Assembly (NCBI GenBank): GCA_004764695.1
Contig: SMSO01000014.1
Coordinates: forward strand, 2,041,648-2,105,647
Direction: 5' to 3'
Length of the DNA stretch: 64,000 nucleotides
From: Schizochytrium sp. TIO01
Taxonomy: Eukaryota > Protista > Bigyra: Labyrinthulomycetes
Shown here: positions 20,227-32,035 of the stretch, in pieces
How the letters are laid out: the number at the start of each line of letters is the position of its first letter
Numbering within the stretch: position 1 is the stretch's first letter
The notes under the pieces: generated by a model
Database searches by the model: none
What the model was told of the DNA's origin: nothing
Seen by the model: the letters and a program-made list of their open reading frames with translations, nothing else
Position numbers and translations under genes: made by a program

Positions 20227-23200
20227 GGAGCAAAAGAGTTTGTTTTTATTAAAGTCATACAAGTTCGTCTCACGCAATAGTTCCTCTTCGCCTCTAGCTA
20301 GAGAAAGACCCAACACGTGCCAACAAGCACTAGATATTGGTTTGTTATAGCAGAAACCATGTTATAGAACAGGTATCTTGCCAGTGGGTGTACGTAGATA
20401 CCGAAGTTGCAGCAGAAGCCAAGTTTAAGCTTACTTCTCTCCTCTCCTCTCCTCTTCTCTTCTCTTCTCTTCATGGTTGGTTGTTCCAGGGACCTGCTGC
20501 CTCGAAGAAGTTCATCGCCGCCGTTGATTCTCTCGTTTCGGTTCCCGAAGGCGGCATGTATGTAGGTACGTACACCCACGGGTTCTTCGACATGAATATA
20601 TATGGTCGAAAACAGCGCATCTTGAATTGCACAGCTTGAATTGCAAAGCAAGCATGCGATCTTTCGAAGGCCGGCGAAGAGATCGCTCGCGATTCCTTGG
20701 CGCTTCAAAGATGTCGCATGGGCAGTGCTTGACTCCTTCTTCTTCTTCTTCTTCTTCAACGTCCTCGATTATGAATTCATGAACGAGCGAACGAATGAAT
20801 GAATGCACAACCAACTAACTCCAATGCGGAAAAGCGAAAATCGCAACGGCAGAGGCTCGGGGTGCTCTTCTCTAGCTAGAAAGATACCGCTCCTCCACCG
20901 CCTTTGTGGTGCCCTTCCCTCTCTCTTAAAGAGCCTTCGGTCGCTCTGACCGTCGCTTAGAAACGAAGCTCAAACCTTCGAGGGAGCAAACGAATAGCAC
21001 ACCCTTTAGATAGAAAGAAGTTCGCCAACTCACTTTACTCTGCGCTTTTTTTAAAAAATAAATATTTGTGTAGTAGTTAGACTAGAAAGTAAGTACGAAG
21101 AGGCCTACTTTACTGCTAGGGTGGAGGGTAGGGAGGTGTTTACTTGCTTGCTTGCCTAACCAACTTTCTTAGAGAATCTTTTAAAAGAAAATGAACTCAA
21201 TCATGCTAGTGCGTACACAATTAATAAAGGACTTCTAAAAGAGGTCCATGCATAAGTTGTCTTCTTCAGAGGACAGAAACGTTGGCTAAAGATTTAAGTG
21301 AGGTTGAGATAGCTGCCGCTGATCGCTGATATCTTGCAGTGAGGTCTCAGGGTGACTGTACCTATGCACCGCAGAGAGCCCAACAGACGCGGCAGACCCA
21401 AACGGACGCATGTGTGAAGACAGGCATAAACGCATAGTACCTGAAGGTGGTCCGAGTCAGTCTGTCTCGTTCTCTACTCTCTTCTGTCTGTCTGACTGAC
21501 TGACTGACGCCTCTTCGAGCGTCAGCCCGCGACGTCGATATGGCCAAAGAGGGCGGTCAGGTGCGTTCCCTTGCGTCGTCGCTAGCGTCGCCGATGCGGG
21601 TACCCCTCACGACCCTGCTTCCCCACATGCTATGCGTTGTGGAAGCATGTGGGTCAGAGTTGTGGGGCTCGCGCTGCTCAACCTGCCCCCTATGCGCCGG
21701 AATTTTGTTATGGCATCTGGGGGTATATTGAATAGTCCTGGCGAAAGGCCAGCACCACAGTGGGGTAGTTGGGAACGAGAGATTGTGCTGAAACAAGCTA
21801 AAGGAAGAAGCAGGGCGGTCGGTCTTTGCGGGGCAGAGGTAGCTACGAGTTTAAGCAAGCGGCTTAGTGCGAGTCCCTCTTGATCTTCTATCTCCACTTC
21901 AGCCTTCGTGGATGATCGTGATCATGCTGAAAAGGCGCACAAGACGCTCATCGAGTCAGCGTCGCTCGCTAAGAAAGTCTGCACAGCTCTTACTTTATTC
22001 TGCAACGGGTAGTAATGCAGGGGGGAGAGGATAAGGCATGTCATGCCATGCCATGTTGGCAGTGACTCGGAGGTTTTCAAGATGGTTCATTGGTTGGCTG
22101 ATTGATTGCTTGCCGCTGATTCGCCTTCTCTTTAAACAAAGTGTATAGGTAGGTACCCTAGCTAGGTAGCTAGGTCTGTTCTACTGCCTACACCCAAATT
22201 TGGATCTTTGAGGAGAGATTAGCACGTCTTCAAGTTCGTCCAAGGCGGGTGAACAGCGGCGACTTGTAATGGAGTGGCCTCAAGGACCTTTCGAAGTGGG
22301 ATTTGTCGTGCACAAAGAAAGTGAGCCCTTTCCAGCGAGTTCATGTTATTTTCTAAGGTCATAAGATCAAACGAAAAGAGTGATTTATTAGTTTGCTGAT
22401 TTGTTTGTTGGCTTGTACATTAATCATGGCTTAGGCGGGAGACGGGAAATTGTAAGACCGCCTTGCTCAAGAGTGACGGTCATGATGCTAAGGATCAGTA
22501 TTCGCGCAGCTTCTGAAAAGATTCCCAGTGCCTCCTGGGTTCTGGGCGACGCATGGTGGTTTTCTGAGTTCGACATGCAGTGTAAATCTTCGACGATACA
22601 GGCTGGCAGGGTGGGGCGTTAGGGAGGTAGCGGGAGGTATAGTTAATTTCTCGCCTTGGGAAATAGCCCAAATCCACCGCCACTCGTCGTTTGCCGTTCC
22701 GAATTCGCATCTAACTGAAGGCTATTTTACAATTTTCATTTATGGTATCGCAGTTCTTCTTTCAATCTGAAAGAGTTTCACTCAGCCAGGCTGGTGCAAG
22801 AACCACGGCTCACGATGTACTTCTGAGAAACATGAGCGCCAAAATTGCGCGGCGGCCTCGTCAAATTCTATCCCAGAATCAAATTCGTTGAGTCGCGATT
22901 TTTCTAGTCAATCGAGGCTTTGAGCGTGAAGAACCTGGAGACGATCGAAGTAGTACTACAGGTAAGTAGGCGAAGTGGACAATTTCCAAAAAGGCTCACT
23001 CACCTCCAAGAGCATGCTGCACGAGCTAGCAGACTGCTACGCAGAAACTTGTCGCCTGGATGAGGCTCGTCCAATTCGCCGTTTTTATTCCATCTCGCTG
23101 CAAATCTACCATCTTCACGAATCGTCCGTCAGTCCCTTCTTCGCCGAGCACGCCAACCACCCACTCACTCTCGCTCACTCACGCTTAGTGGCATGACGAC

Positions 23201-25737
23201 ACTGACCTTCAAGTCCACTATGGACCTGCCTACCGGCCTTCATTTCGATTTGCAAGCCGTGCTACTTCGAGGTACGTAGGTACTTACCTAGCTACCCAGA
23301 TACTGCTGCCTCACATGCTAGATTCACACGAACTAACCTATCGAAACCAATCGATGAGATCGCCTAAGACTGAAAACAATCTACTGCACGGCTAGCAGAG
23401 GTCTCGAACGGACTCCAGAGTCCGGTTTTGAAGTCGATTGGGATACGGATAATTGTGACCACGATTCTTCGCTATTGCCTCTGTGATCCCGACGGTGGTG
23501 GTGCTTGAGAGCCTAAGTTCTGGATCCGCAAAAGCCCTCACTAGCTCGCTCGTTCGCTGGGCGCACGCTAGAACTTGAAGCATCTCCGGACTAAAAGGTC
23601 GCTCGCCTGGGTTCGCGACGGCGCTCCTCGCCAAGATCTTGGAGAATCCATTGCATTTGTTTGTTCATGCTCAAAGTGCGGTGCAATTCCTTCTCAGATC
23701 TACGCTGAGCAACGGCAAGCAAGACGATCGCTTGGTGAAGTAGACAGCTTGTCAACCAACACACGCGTAGACAGACATCTTTGGCCAAGATTTGGTCGTG
23801 CTGCAAATTGCAGGTTGGTTGTAGTCCCTCGGCGCTCGAATCCTGCCACCAATGGGCTCCCTGGCGGAGTGTAGACCACCGTCTGCTGTCGCTCTGGGAC
23901 AGCTCCAAGCTGCTCGCAGCGGAGTCCGCCACGGACGCCGCTGCTCTTGGCTGCCTGTGATGAGCGTCGCTTGCCTCGCGCAAACTGACCCCAGCACGTC
24001 ATTCGATGATTGCATTGTATTCAAAACATGCGTCATGTCACGAGCCATAATTTGAGCCATGTATGTTGTATGTATGAGTGCATGTGTAAGGCAAATTCAA
24101 GATATTTTGCCATGACTTATGGATCGTGGAGGGCTCAAATGGGACGACCTTGGCGGCAGGCGCACTCGGGACACATGCGCCTCTGCGTCAGTCTAAGGAA
24201 TGAGGGAGCTGCCGCAATCGAGCAGCGGCGGCGGCAGAATTGCAGAATGTGAGTTGTTTTCCTCGCATTTTCTCTCTTCTGTTTATTTTATTAATGTTTT
24301 TTGTTTTTTCCAAGATATCAAAATATCGTCAACAACTAACTGACTGCTTGCTGCCTACCCCCACAAAACTCAAAATCCATCGTCTTAAATCAGCCAGTCA
24401 ATGAGCCGATGGAGCATCATCGCTTCATCGAAGCAGCCTTCTCGAGCTCTTGAATAGCCGGTCGTTTTCTGGATAAACCGCCGATGCTAACTTTCTGGGT
24501 CCAAGCCAAGTCCGTTGAGGAGACGGAGCGGACTTGATTGATTCGAGCAGACAACGTTGTGATTATCCTATTTATTTGTAATTTGCTTTTTAAATTATTA
24601 TTTTTAAAGGTTGACTAAAATTTTAATTCAAAACTTGCACTTCCAAAGCTCTCTGCAGAAAGAGATTCATTCTCCTTCTCTTCTTCAAGTTGTTTTTGGT
24701 TTTCTTCTTTCTCTTTTTTCAACTTTTTTCAAAGTTTTCTTGCTCCTATCATCATTCTTTTATTATTCATTCTTTTAGTAGTTGAAAACTGAATATAATC
24801 TCTTTCATCATGGAAAGGGGACTGACTGATATAAAAGGAGAGAAGCAGGAGTCGCCGCTGTCGCAGGAGATGGCCAAGACCCGCTCAAAACCTGTTCAAA
24901 ACCTGTTCCGTTCCACGTCCATTCTTAGCCGGGCACGTAGGCTTGCCTGCTTCTGCTCTGCTATCGATGACGGCGCTTCTCTCTCACAGTTGTTCCTTTC
25001 CTCTCAGGAAAAGAAAGAGAGGATCAAGTCCAGACTCCTTTTTCATTAAGTCTGGGCACGCAGGCAACTAGATAGCACTACTTAGCGCCGGCTAGCTCCA
25101 CTAACTGTCTGAGGAGGCGTCGCACGATGACGCGGCGTCTCTTCTCTACTCCGTCTTTCCCGCTTTTAAAAGTTAAAAGGAATTAGGAATGTTTTCTCCT
25201 CTCTTCCCCTCTTTGCTATTATCTGCCAGTGCTTCAGGATTCTTCTTTTCAGACTGTTGTAAAGAACTGAATGGACAAAAGAAAGAAAGAAAGAAAGAAA
25301 ACAAAAGAAAGGAAAGAGAAAAACTTTAAAAACTTGCGGACCATAAACTTTGCGAGAACAAAAAGACAAAACACGAAACTTTCACTCGAGGGGTAGCGCC
25401 CAGATAGACGAAACCATAGGGATCAGGCCGATGAAAACTTTGGGTTCCAAGCGCGGAGAGGAAGGTGAACATGATGGAGAAAGGGACTCGCACGCAGACA
25501 AAAAGGGCTCATTCTGATGAACTGTGAATCAATTCTTGAGGCCAACGCGCTCAAGTACGCCCAGAAACGGCTGACTCGAGGCCAAGGGCACCTCAGCCGG
25601 TCGCCAGTGGCCTCCCCCTCCTCAGCCTTTGCAGCGATGAAGGCGGCCGGAGCGAGCTTTTTATCTTTCAACTGTAATCTAAAAAGCGATCGAGGCGGTT
25701 CCTCAGCGGATCTGCCGCGGTTCCGACCCCTTAGTTT

Positions 25738-26451
25738 TCAAATTCGCTTCTCATTCTGTCTGCGTGAGAAGGCTGCAGAAACTTGTAAATCGTGAACGAA
25801 TTGGCGGACTTCTTCACCGTCGAAGAGCATCACCGCCGCAACGTGGGCTGATTGACGACTGCGGTGCGAGCTGTCGTCATATGGGGAATCACGAAAGGCA
25901 CCGTCCGCGATGACGATGAAAGGAGCTCGAGACGAGGTCCATCCCTTTAGGCCCATTGTCGGCGGCGGCGAAGGCGCTCTTGAAATGAGCCCGAGGCACC
26001 CCTCGTCGCCGTTTGTCAACTGAAGCGGATGCGTTGAGGTCAGAAACGCAAGGTGCTGCGTTATGGATATCTCCGGAGCGTAGACTCCTCGCTGGCTGGT
26101 TTGGTTCGACTTGAAGAATGCCATGCGTAGTTCTCTGAGAAGAGCTCTTCGCTTCAGGATATGGCCTTCTTGAGACCAGCAAGTATCCTAATGCAGATGA
26201 ACGGAGGAGATGAACGTAAAAGCTCTCTGGCTGCACCTGCACCCAATGATGCAAAGGCTCGTGCGAATTGAGACGGAACGAACGATGATGTCTGCAGAGC
26301 ACCAGAAGTCCTGACGTAGAGTTTCAGGCGTAATGAATCGCGCATCAGGCCCCGACGATCTTGTTGCATACTTTTTGCCCATGCGTGGAATTGGGGTTGC
26401 GCAGGACTCTTTAATCCTGTCGCTCTGTAATTTTTGGACGAGAGAGGGCAT
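25738..26451 (-). pseudogene. Possible decayed coding sequence of unknown family
   Basis: ORFs 26188-26451 and 25738-26124 are in the same frame and separated by a single stop, giving about 237 codons. GC-rich island with protein-like segments (ILKRRALLRELRMAFFK, PFIVIADGAF, VMLFDGEEVRQFVHDL). Confidence 0.3.
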
Positions 26452-28119
26452 TTTTCACGATCACGATAGCTGGTTGAAGGATGCAGGCTGAGGGAGTATT
26501 GATTGATGGGAACCGTTCGATGAGGATCGCGAGAAGAGCTCTGGGGATGGTACTTTGCGGAGCTGCTTGTGCGTGGGAAGACGATAGCTGTTCTCCCCCT
26601 TTTCCGCGGCTGCGAAGACCCTTCTTCACTTCCAAAGTTGCCGTGATCGATCAAACAATAAGCAAATAGGCCTAACTAAACAGACAATTGAATCCAAGAA
26701 TACTTGGTACCTACGTACCCGTCAAATTGGACACTGGACAGTGCAGCCCCGAGAACTTCTTCGAGTCCGTAAACTACCGGTCGAGCGGCCAGTCCGTGAC
26801 AGTGAAGTGCAACAGCTTATCCGTACCTCGTGGGACACCTACGGTAATCATCAAGCCCAGCAATTGGATTGGTTTCTTTCGTGGCGCTGCACGCGCTACT
26901 CGGATTCGCATTTCGCGACAGTCTCGAAAAATCTGCGTTCTAGGCCCACCCCCAAAAGAACAACAAAGGAACGCAGGTTGCAGGTGACCAGAACGGGAAG
27001 GAAAACACAAGCGTGCTTCAAAGCGGCGGCGGGACTAGGAAAGCGGAAAACAGTCGTCGCTGTACAAAACTCCGCGGCTGAGTGTGTGATGCAGGGTGCT
27101 CCCAAGGATACGGCTGATCATCTCCAAGGTCTTGAGCACAGCCTCGAGCAGGGATCGCGTTATGAAACCTCGCGACAGTACACAGGTTATAATCTCTTCA
27201 AGAAATAAACAAAAACAATAATAAAGAAAATAAAAATTCTAAAGGAATAGTATATCGCAGATTATCTTAGACTCTTTTCTTTTTTTTAACTTTCTTTTTA
27301 AAGTGTGGAAACCATTTTCAGATTAAAGAAGAACGCAGTAACATTCTATATTACGCAGTTAGGTATGTATCAGCTGATTTTAGCAATCTTCGACAAATTT
27401 TATTTTAAAAATAATTCTTTATTTGTTTTAAGATTGGGTAAATGGAAAAGCCAGCAGCAAAGCGAGGTTTCTGAATGAGCGAGCATCCTATGATCCACAC
27501 CGATCAGGCAGACAGTCTCGACAACGCCAGTATCGATGCTGAGCCCAGCGTCGATGCTGCAGACCACACGGGTCGCAACTCTCTGCACGGAGAGGCCGGC
27601 CGCGATGCCGAGATGAATTTTGCGAAGATAGCAAACCAGAGCCACTGGGCAACTGTCGGAGCCGGGTGGCAATCTTGCTCAGCAGGCGTGGAGGGAGAGC
27701 GCCAGGGTTGGTCTATTCAGGGAGTTTGAAGGAACTCGGGGACCCCGATGGTCGCGGCATTTCTTCGGTTTCTTTCATGCCAGGATGGGTGTTGAGGTTC
27801 TCCAGCCAGCAGTTCAGGCCGCTCCGGAGCGTTCCCAAGGGGTCGATCTCTTCACTGACAGCATGCTACGTAAGAGGCCCACCGCCACTTCGTCGTGTTC
27901 TTAGGAGTGCAGTACATCTCTCGAATTTGCACGAGCTGGCACCCCAAAACCCATCAAGATGCTGGCTGGTAGCTTCAAGCTTTGCAAACCATGAATTTGC
28001 AAACGACCGGAGATTGAGACTTGTTGCCAACATGGCAAGCTGTGACTGAAGTAAGAAAGCTGGCAACGAACATCTTCTTTCAGGCCGCGGCTCAAGATAT
28101 ACATAGACACAAACCTACG

Positions 28120-28362
28120 TAGATAACATACATACATACATAGATGACATACATACATAGATAACATACATACATACATAGATGACATACATACATAGAT
28201 GACATACATACATAGATAACATACATACATAGATAACATACATACATACATAATATACATATATAGATAACATACATACATAGATAACATACATACATAG
28301 ATAACATACATACATAGATAACATACATACACAGATTACATACATACATAGATAACATACAT
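28120..28362. repeat. Compound minisatellite, unit TAGAT(A/G)ACATACATACA (17 bp, some 21 bp), about 13 copies plus one degenerate unit
   Basis: Units counted by hand. This repeat produces the spurious MYVC-repeat ORFs. Confidence 0.95.
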
Positions 28363-28972
28363 CTATCCACTTGAAACGAAACGATGCCAATTAATTGCAT
28401 TCTCACTGCCGCCAAGATCGATGTTCTCTGAGCTCGCTCACTAAACAACCTCTTCGCAAACTCCACAACACTGACTGTCTCAGATTAACCCACCTCTGAG
28501 TCTGCCATTTGCCCTTTCTAATAGGTTTATTTATTTATCACCCGGTACATGCATCATTAACAATCAGCAAAATCCGATGCTTCATGATGAGGATCTTAAG
28601 CACCGAGATTGAAGTATTCTGTCAGCCGCTCGCAAACCATTATCAGAACTTGCATGCATGATGCAAGTTATGTCAGCTAGGTACCTTCGTGGCCATTTGT
28701 TATCTCCGACTGCGATCAAATGATTGTCTCAGAGCTAAGCACAGCTATCACTAACTTTTGCAGCTCGAAATAATAGTTCCTACTTGGAGTTGATAGTTTA
28801 AGAGCTATATGTGACAGCGTTACGCTTGCTCGTGGTAGTAGTAAAGAGAGACGATGATAACGAGGAGAAGCTGGTTGCAGCTCTTCGGTTGAGGTTGCAA
28901 ATCTTGGGACAGAAGGCTCTGCTCCATAATCCCAGCTGCGCTACACGGTTCGAGCGCGGGGGGCGGGGAAGA

Positions 28973-30700
28973 ATGTCTGAAACTGCAATCAAACCTTCAG
29001 GCGCAAGCTCTACTCGAGGAGGCATGTCGTCACGGGTTGGCCAACCTGAAGGTTCATCCTGCTCGTTGACATCAGTATCTTCCCGTTCGGCTCCAGCTCG
29101 AACAGCCCTGAGACATGTGTATGCTTGTGTTACTGCTGTTGTAGTTCTTCTACTCACTGTAAACTCGGCATACGGAGAGCTGCCTCCGGCCAAAAAGGCG
29201 CATTGGAATGATGAAAATATAGTGCACGACGGCAAGAACTGGGTCCACATCCCAGAAGAGGTTTATGGACACCCACATGCCCCGTACGATGACAGGTGGA
29301 AACAGAACTCAAGTACAATTATGGTTCTAGTAGCTGCACTTCGCGAAACACGTCTACCACTTACTTTGAAAAGTGCATTTGATAATGCAGATTTTCCCGA
29401 GCGAATTCGGTTTGGTGTTGTGCAACAAAACAAACCCACAGATGAAGATTCATTGGCCAAGTTGTGTGAATTGCGGGATAAACCTTTGATCAAAACTGAA
29501 AATGGTGAATACGAAAATCCAAATGGGTGCGTAGAGTTTGACAAAGTAAGGCTGCTTAGACTAGACGCAAGTGAGGCAGCTGGCCCTGTATATGCTCGAG
29601 GTTTGCAACCTGAGCTTGTACAAGATGAAGACTTCTGCTTGCAAATTGATGCCCATACCATATTTAAAAAGGGCTGGGACCGAGATCTTTTACGCGAGTG
29701 GGGTTTGACGAACAATGAGTTTGCTGTTCTGTCAACCTACCCGACCAATTACAAGGATCTTGGCAAGAATAGTAACAAGCATTGGGAGATGCCCCACATT
29801 TGCGGTGCCAAGATCGGAGGCGGCGGCTACATCAGTAACAAACAGGCTGGCGCAGCAGCCAACCTGAAAAAACCATTGCTTGCCCCTCTTTGGGCCGCAG
29901 GCTTCTCGTTCAGCCGCTGTCATGCTGAGCGGTGGGTTCCAAATGATAAGCACTTACGACATGTTTTTTCCGGAGAAGAATTCCACCGTGCAGCTCGACT
30001 ATGGACAAATGGCTATGACTTTTATAGCATCACCCGACCTACGATTGGAGTTTACTATGGCTCAGAAAAGGGTGGTAGTGGAGGCTGGCACTCAAACAAG
30101 GCAGAATACAAAAAGTCAATTCAGCGCCTCATGACCGCTATAGAGTTTAAAGATAGTGACCAGAGCCTTGAAGCTCGAGCGGAGCTAGGCGAATATGTTC
30201 TTGGTACACGCCGTACGATAGATCAGTATATAGCCTTTTCTGGTGTTGATGTGCGTAATGTTGTTGCTAAAGACCGATGCCTCGTTGAGTACGTACCTTG
30301 GGATGATAGTGGATTGAAAGAGAAGATTGAGCAAGAAGAGCGCGAGCTGAAAGAAAAGTACAAACAGAGTTCATTAGGCTCCTCTTCACAATCTGAGGCT
30401 GATGTCGAGACAGCCAAAAGCTATACTGCAAGTAAAATTAGCGCAACTGGTGGACTGTTACGTTCTAAGCCATTTGATCTTCCACCATTTGAAAGAGAAA
30501 CTGGCGGTATCGCAGCTGCAATTCCCCTTACTGGTATCCAGGCGAGCTCTGCTCTTCCACCAAAACCCGGTACATCTTCTCTTGCTCGATTAAGCCTAGC
30601 TGGGATTTTCATCTTCTTTTGCGGCTTGAGGGGTCTTTTTGAGCTTCGTCGTCGTGGCATGCTCCGTGATTGGCGTTTCAAGGGACGACGTGCTCAATAA
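28973..30700 (+). CDS. GT60-family polypeptide alpha-GlcNAc transferase (Gnt1/Gnt2-like), membrane-anchored
   Basis: PERIRFGVVQQN, AGPVYAR, FCLQIDAH..F..GWD, VLSTYP, WAAGFSFS, VFSGEEF..AARLWTNGYDFY, LGTRRT...Y..F.GVD. First ATG at 28973. Hydrophobic segments near both termini. Confidence 0.88.
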   Translation: MSETAIKPSGASSTRGGMSSRVGQPEGSSCSLTSVSSRSAPARTALRHVYACVTAVVVLLLTVNSAYGELPPAKKAHWNDENIVHDGKNWVHIPEEVYGHPHAPYDDRWKQNSSTIMVLVAALRETRLPLTLKSAFDNADFPERIRFGVVQQNKPTDEDSLAKLCELRDKPLIKTENGEYENPNGCVEFDKVRLLRLDASEAAGPVYARGLQPELVQDEDFCLQIDAHTIFKKGWDRDLLREWGLTNNEFAVLSTYPTNYKDLGKNSNKHWEMPHICGAKIGGGGYISNKQAGAAANLKKPLLAPLWAAGFSFSRCHAERWVPNDKHLRHVFSGEEFHRAARLWTNGYDFYSITRPTIGVYYGSEKGGSGGWHSNKAEYKKSIQRLMTAIEFKDSDQSLEARAELGEYVLGTRRTIDQYIAFSGVDVRNVVAKDRCLVEYVPWDDSGLKEKIEQEERELKEKYKQSSLGSSSQSEADVETAKSYTASKISATGGLLRSKPFDLPPFERETGGIAAAIPLTGIQASSALPPKPGTSSLARLSLAGIFIFFCGLRGLFELRRRGMLRDWRFKGRRAQ

Positions 30701-31591
30701 GTAGCGACAATAAGTTTCACAAGCTTTATTGAATGCAAATTTTGCCAGAGTCATAGCGAATCAGTAACCTGAGATATATAGTTTTAAAGAATTAATCATA
30801 CTATCCAGAGTATAGATAGATGGAATGTCAACTGTCTTGATGTGGAGAATCAATATCGAAAGAATAGAAAAAATTCAGTGAAGTTTTCTTGAAATAGTTA
30901 AAACTCACGAACACTAGGCAATCCACAGGAAGGAAGTCGCCAGTTTTATAAAAGAGTTTTTTCATTACCTAGTCTCGTTCATGTCAGGAATACAACTGCA
31001 TTCGTTGATACAGTGTTGCTACTAAGGTCTTTCTATGACAAGATGTTTGGACAAGAATGCAACAGGATTCAAGAGTTTGAAAAAAAAAAAGACATAAAGA
31101 ACAAAAAAAGTCGATCAATCCTTGGCTTACTACAAACATAATCACACGAGCTCATGACTTGGCGTGCCGCAAATCAGAAAAAAAAAGTAGTCTTGCAGAA
31201 CGCCATGAGCTCATACGGAGCCACTGTTCCCATACGTCGAACTTCCAGCAGCAACAACTCGTAGTAAATTAGCAAAGGGAGGAATAGGGCCCACGCTCAA
31301 AGATTAGAAAGCTCTCGTGCACACAATCAAGTCAACCAGATCTCAGAGGTTCTATAAGCCACTTGACAGAAGACAGAAGGTGAATCCCACTGATAAGTAG
31401 CAAACCTAAGAAGATGGCAAACTCAATTCAGTGATCTCGAGTTGTCATTCCCATGTGAACAATGGTCAAAGTCTCAGCAGACACAAGCAGTACTAAACAT
31501 CGTCAATTTTGGCGAGTAAATAGCAGCTTCAAGATGAGTGCAGTCTGGCGAGAACGAGCTGAGCTGAGGCTGCAGAAGACAAGGCTTTTAT

Positions 31592-32035
31592 TTAGCAAGC
31601 ATACTTCTGTGTCATCTTCTTGGCCTCCTCAGTGAAGGCATCAGGGTCGTCCTGGAGCTGCTGCGCAATTTCAGGCTCAAGAGGGCTGTCGGTGCTGGGT
31701 TGCGCCAGGAGCTGCTGAAGAATGGATAGTACCCACTTGACGTTGTGCGAAGGCTTCCAGGCTTCCTTAATGATGTCAGCGCAAATCTCACCAGAGTCCT
31801 TCTTGATAGACGGATGGTAGACCTTCGTGGTGAAGATGACACTGGGCGGCGTGAAAGGATACTCCGGACCGAAGTTCATCTTGAGGTTGAAAAGACCACC
31901 CTCATAAGGAGATCCTTCGGGGCCCGCGAGGGAGCAGTCCCACTCAAAAAGGTCACCCTCGACAGGCTCAGCACTGGCCCAGTCCAGGTCCTCGTTGGCC
32001 AGCTGCTCGGCTTCCTTAGTCAGACGCTTCGCCAT
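31592..32035 (-). CDS. Ubiquitin-conjugating enzyme E2
   Basis: KRLTKE, GPEGSPYEGGLF, YPFTPP.V.F.TKVYHPS, catalytic Cys in GEICADII, WKP, P..DSPL. Confidence 0.95.
   Translation of the reverse strand: MAKRLTKEAEQLANEDLDWASAEPVEGDLFEWDCSLAGPEGSPYEGGLFNLKMNFGPEYPFTPPSVIFTTKVYHPSIKKDSGEICADIIKEAWKPSHNVKWVLSILQQLLAQPSTDSPLEPEIAQQLQDDPDAFTEEAKKMTQKYAC

Noticed and set aside
21726-21870. Group I intron S-element-like ATAGTCC with a GAAA hairpin, and RNase P CR-V-like AAGCAAGCGGCTTA
   Set aside because: The required partner strands (P7 5' GACTA; CR-I GAAAGTCC-type) were not found, so no RNA family is assigned.
27901-28466. ORFs with MYVCYLCMYV repeats; possible CRISPR-like array
   Set aside because: These are translations of the ACAT-based minisatellite. 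Units are contiguous, with no unique spacers and no cas genes.
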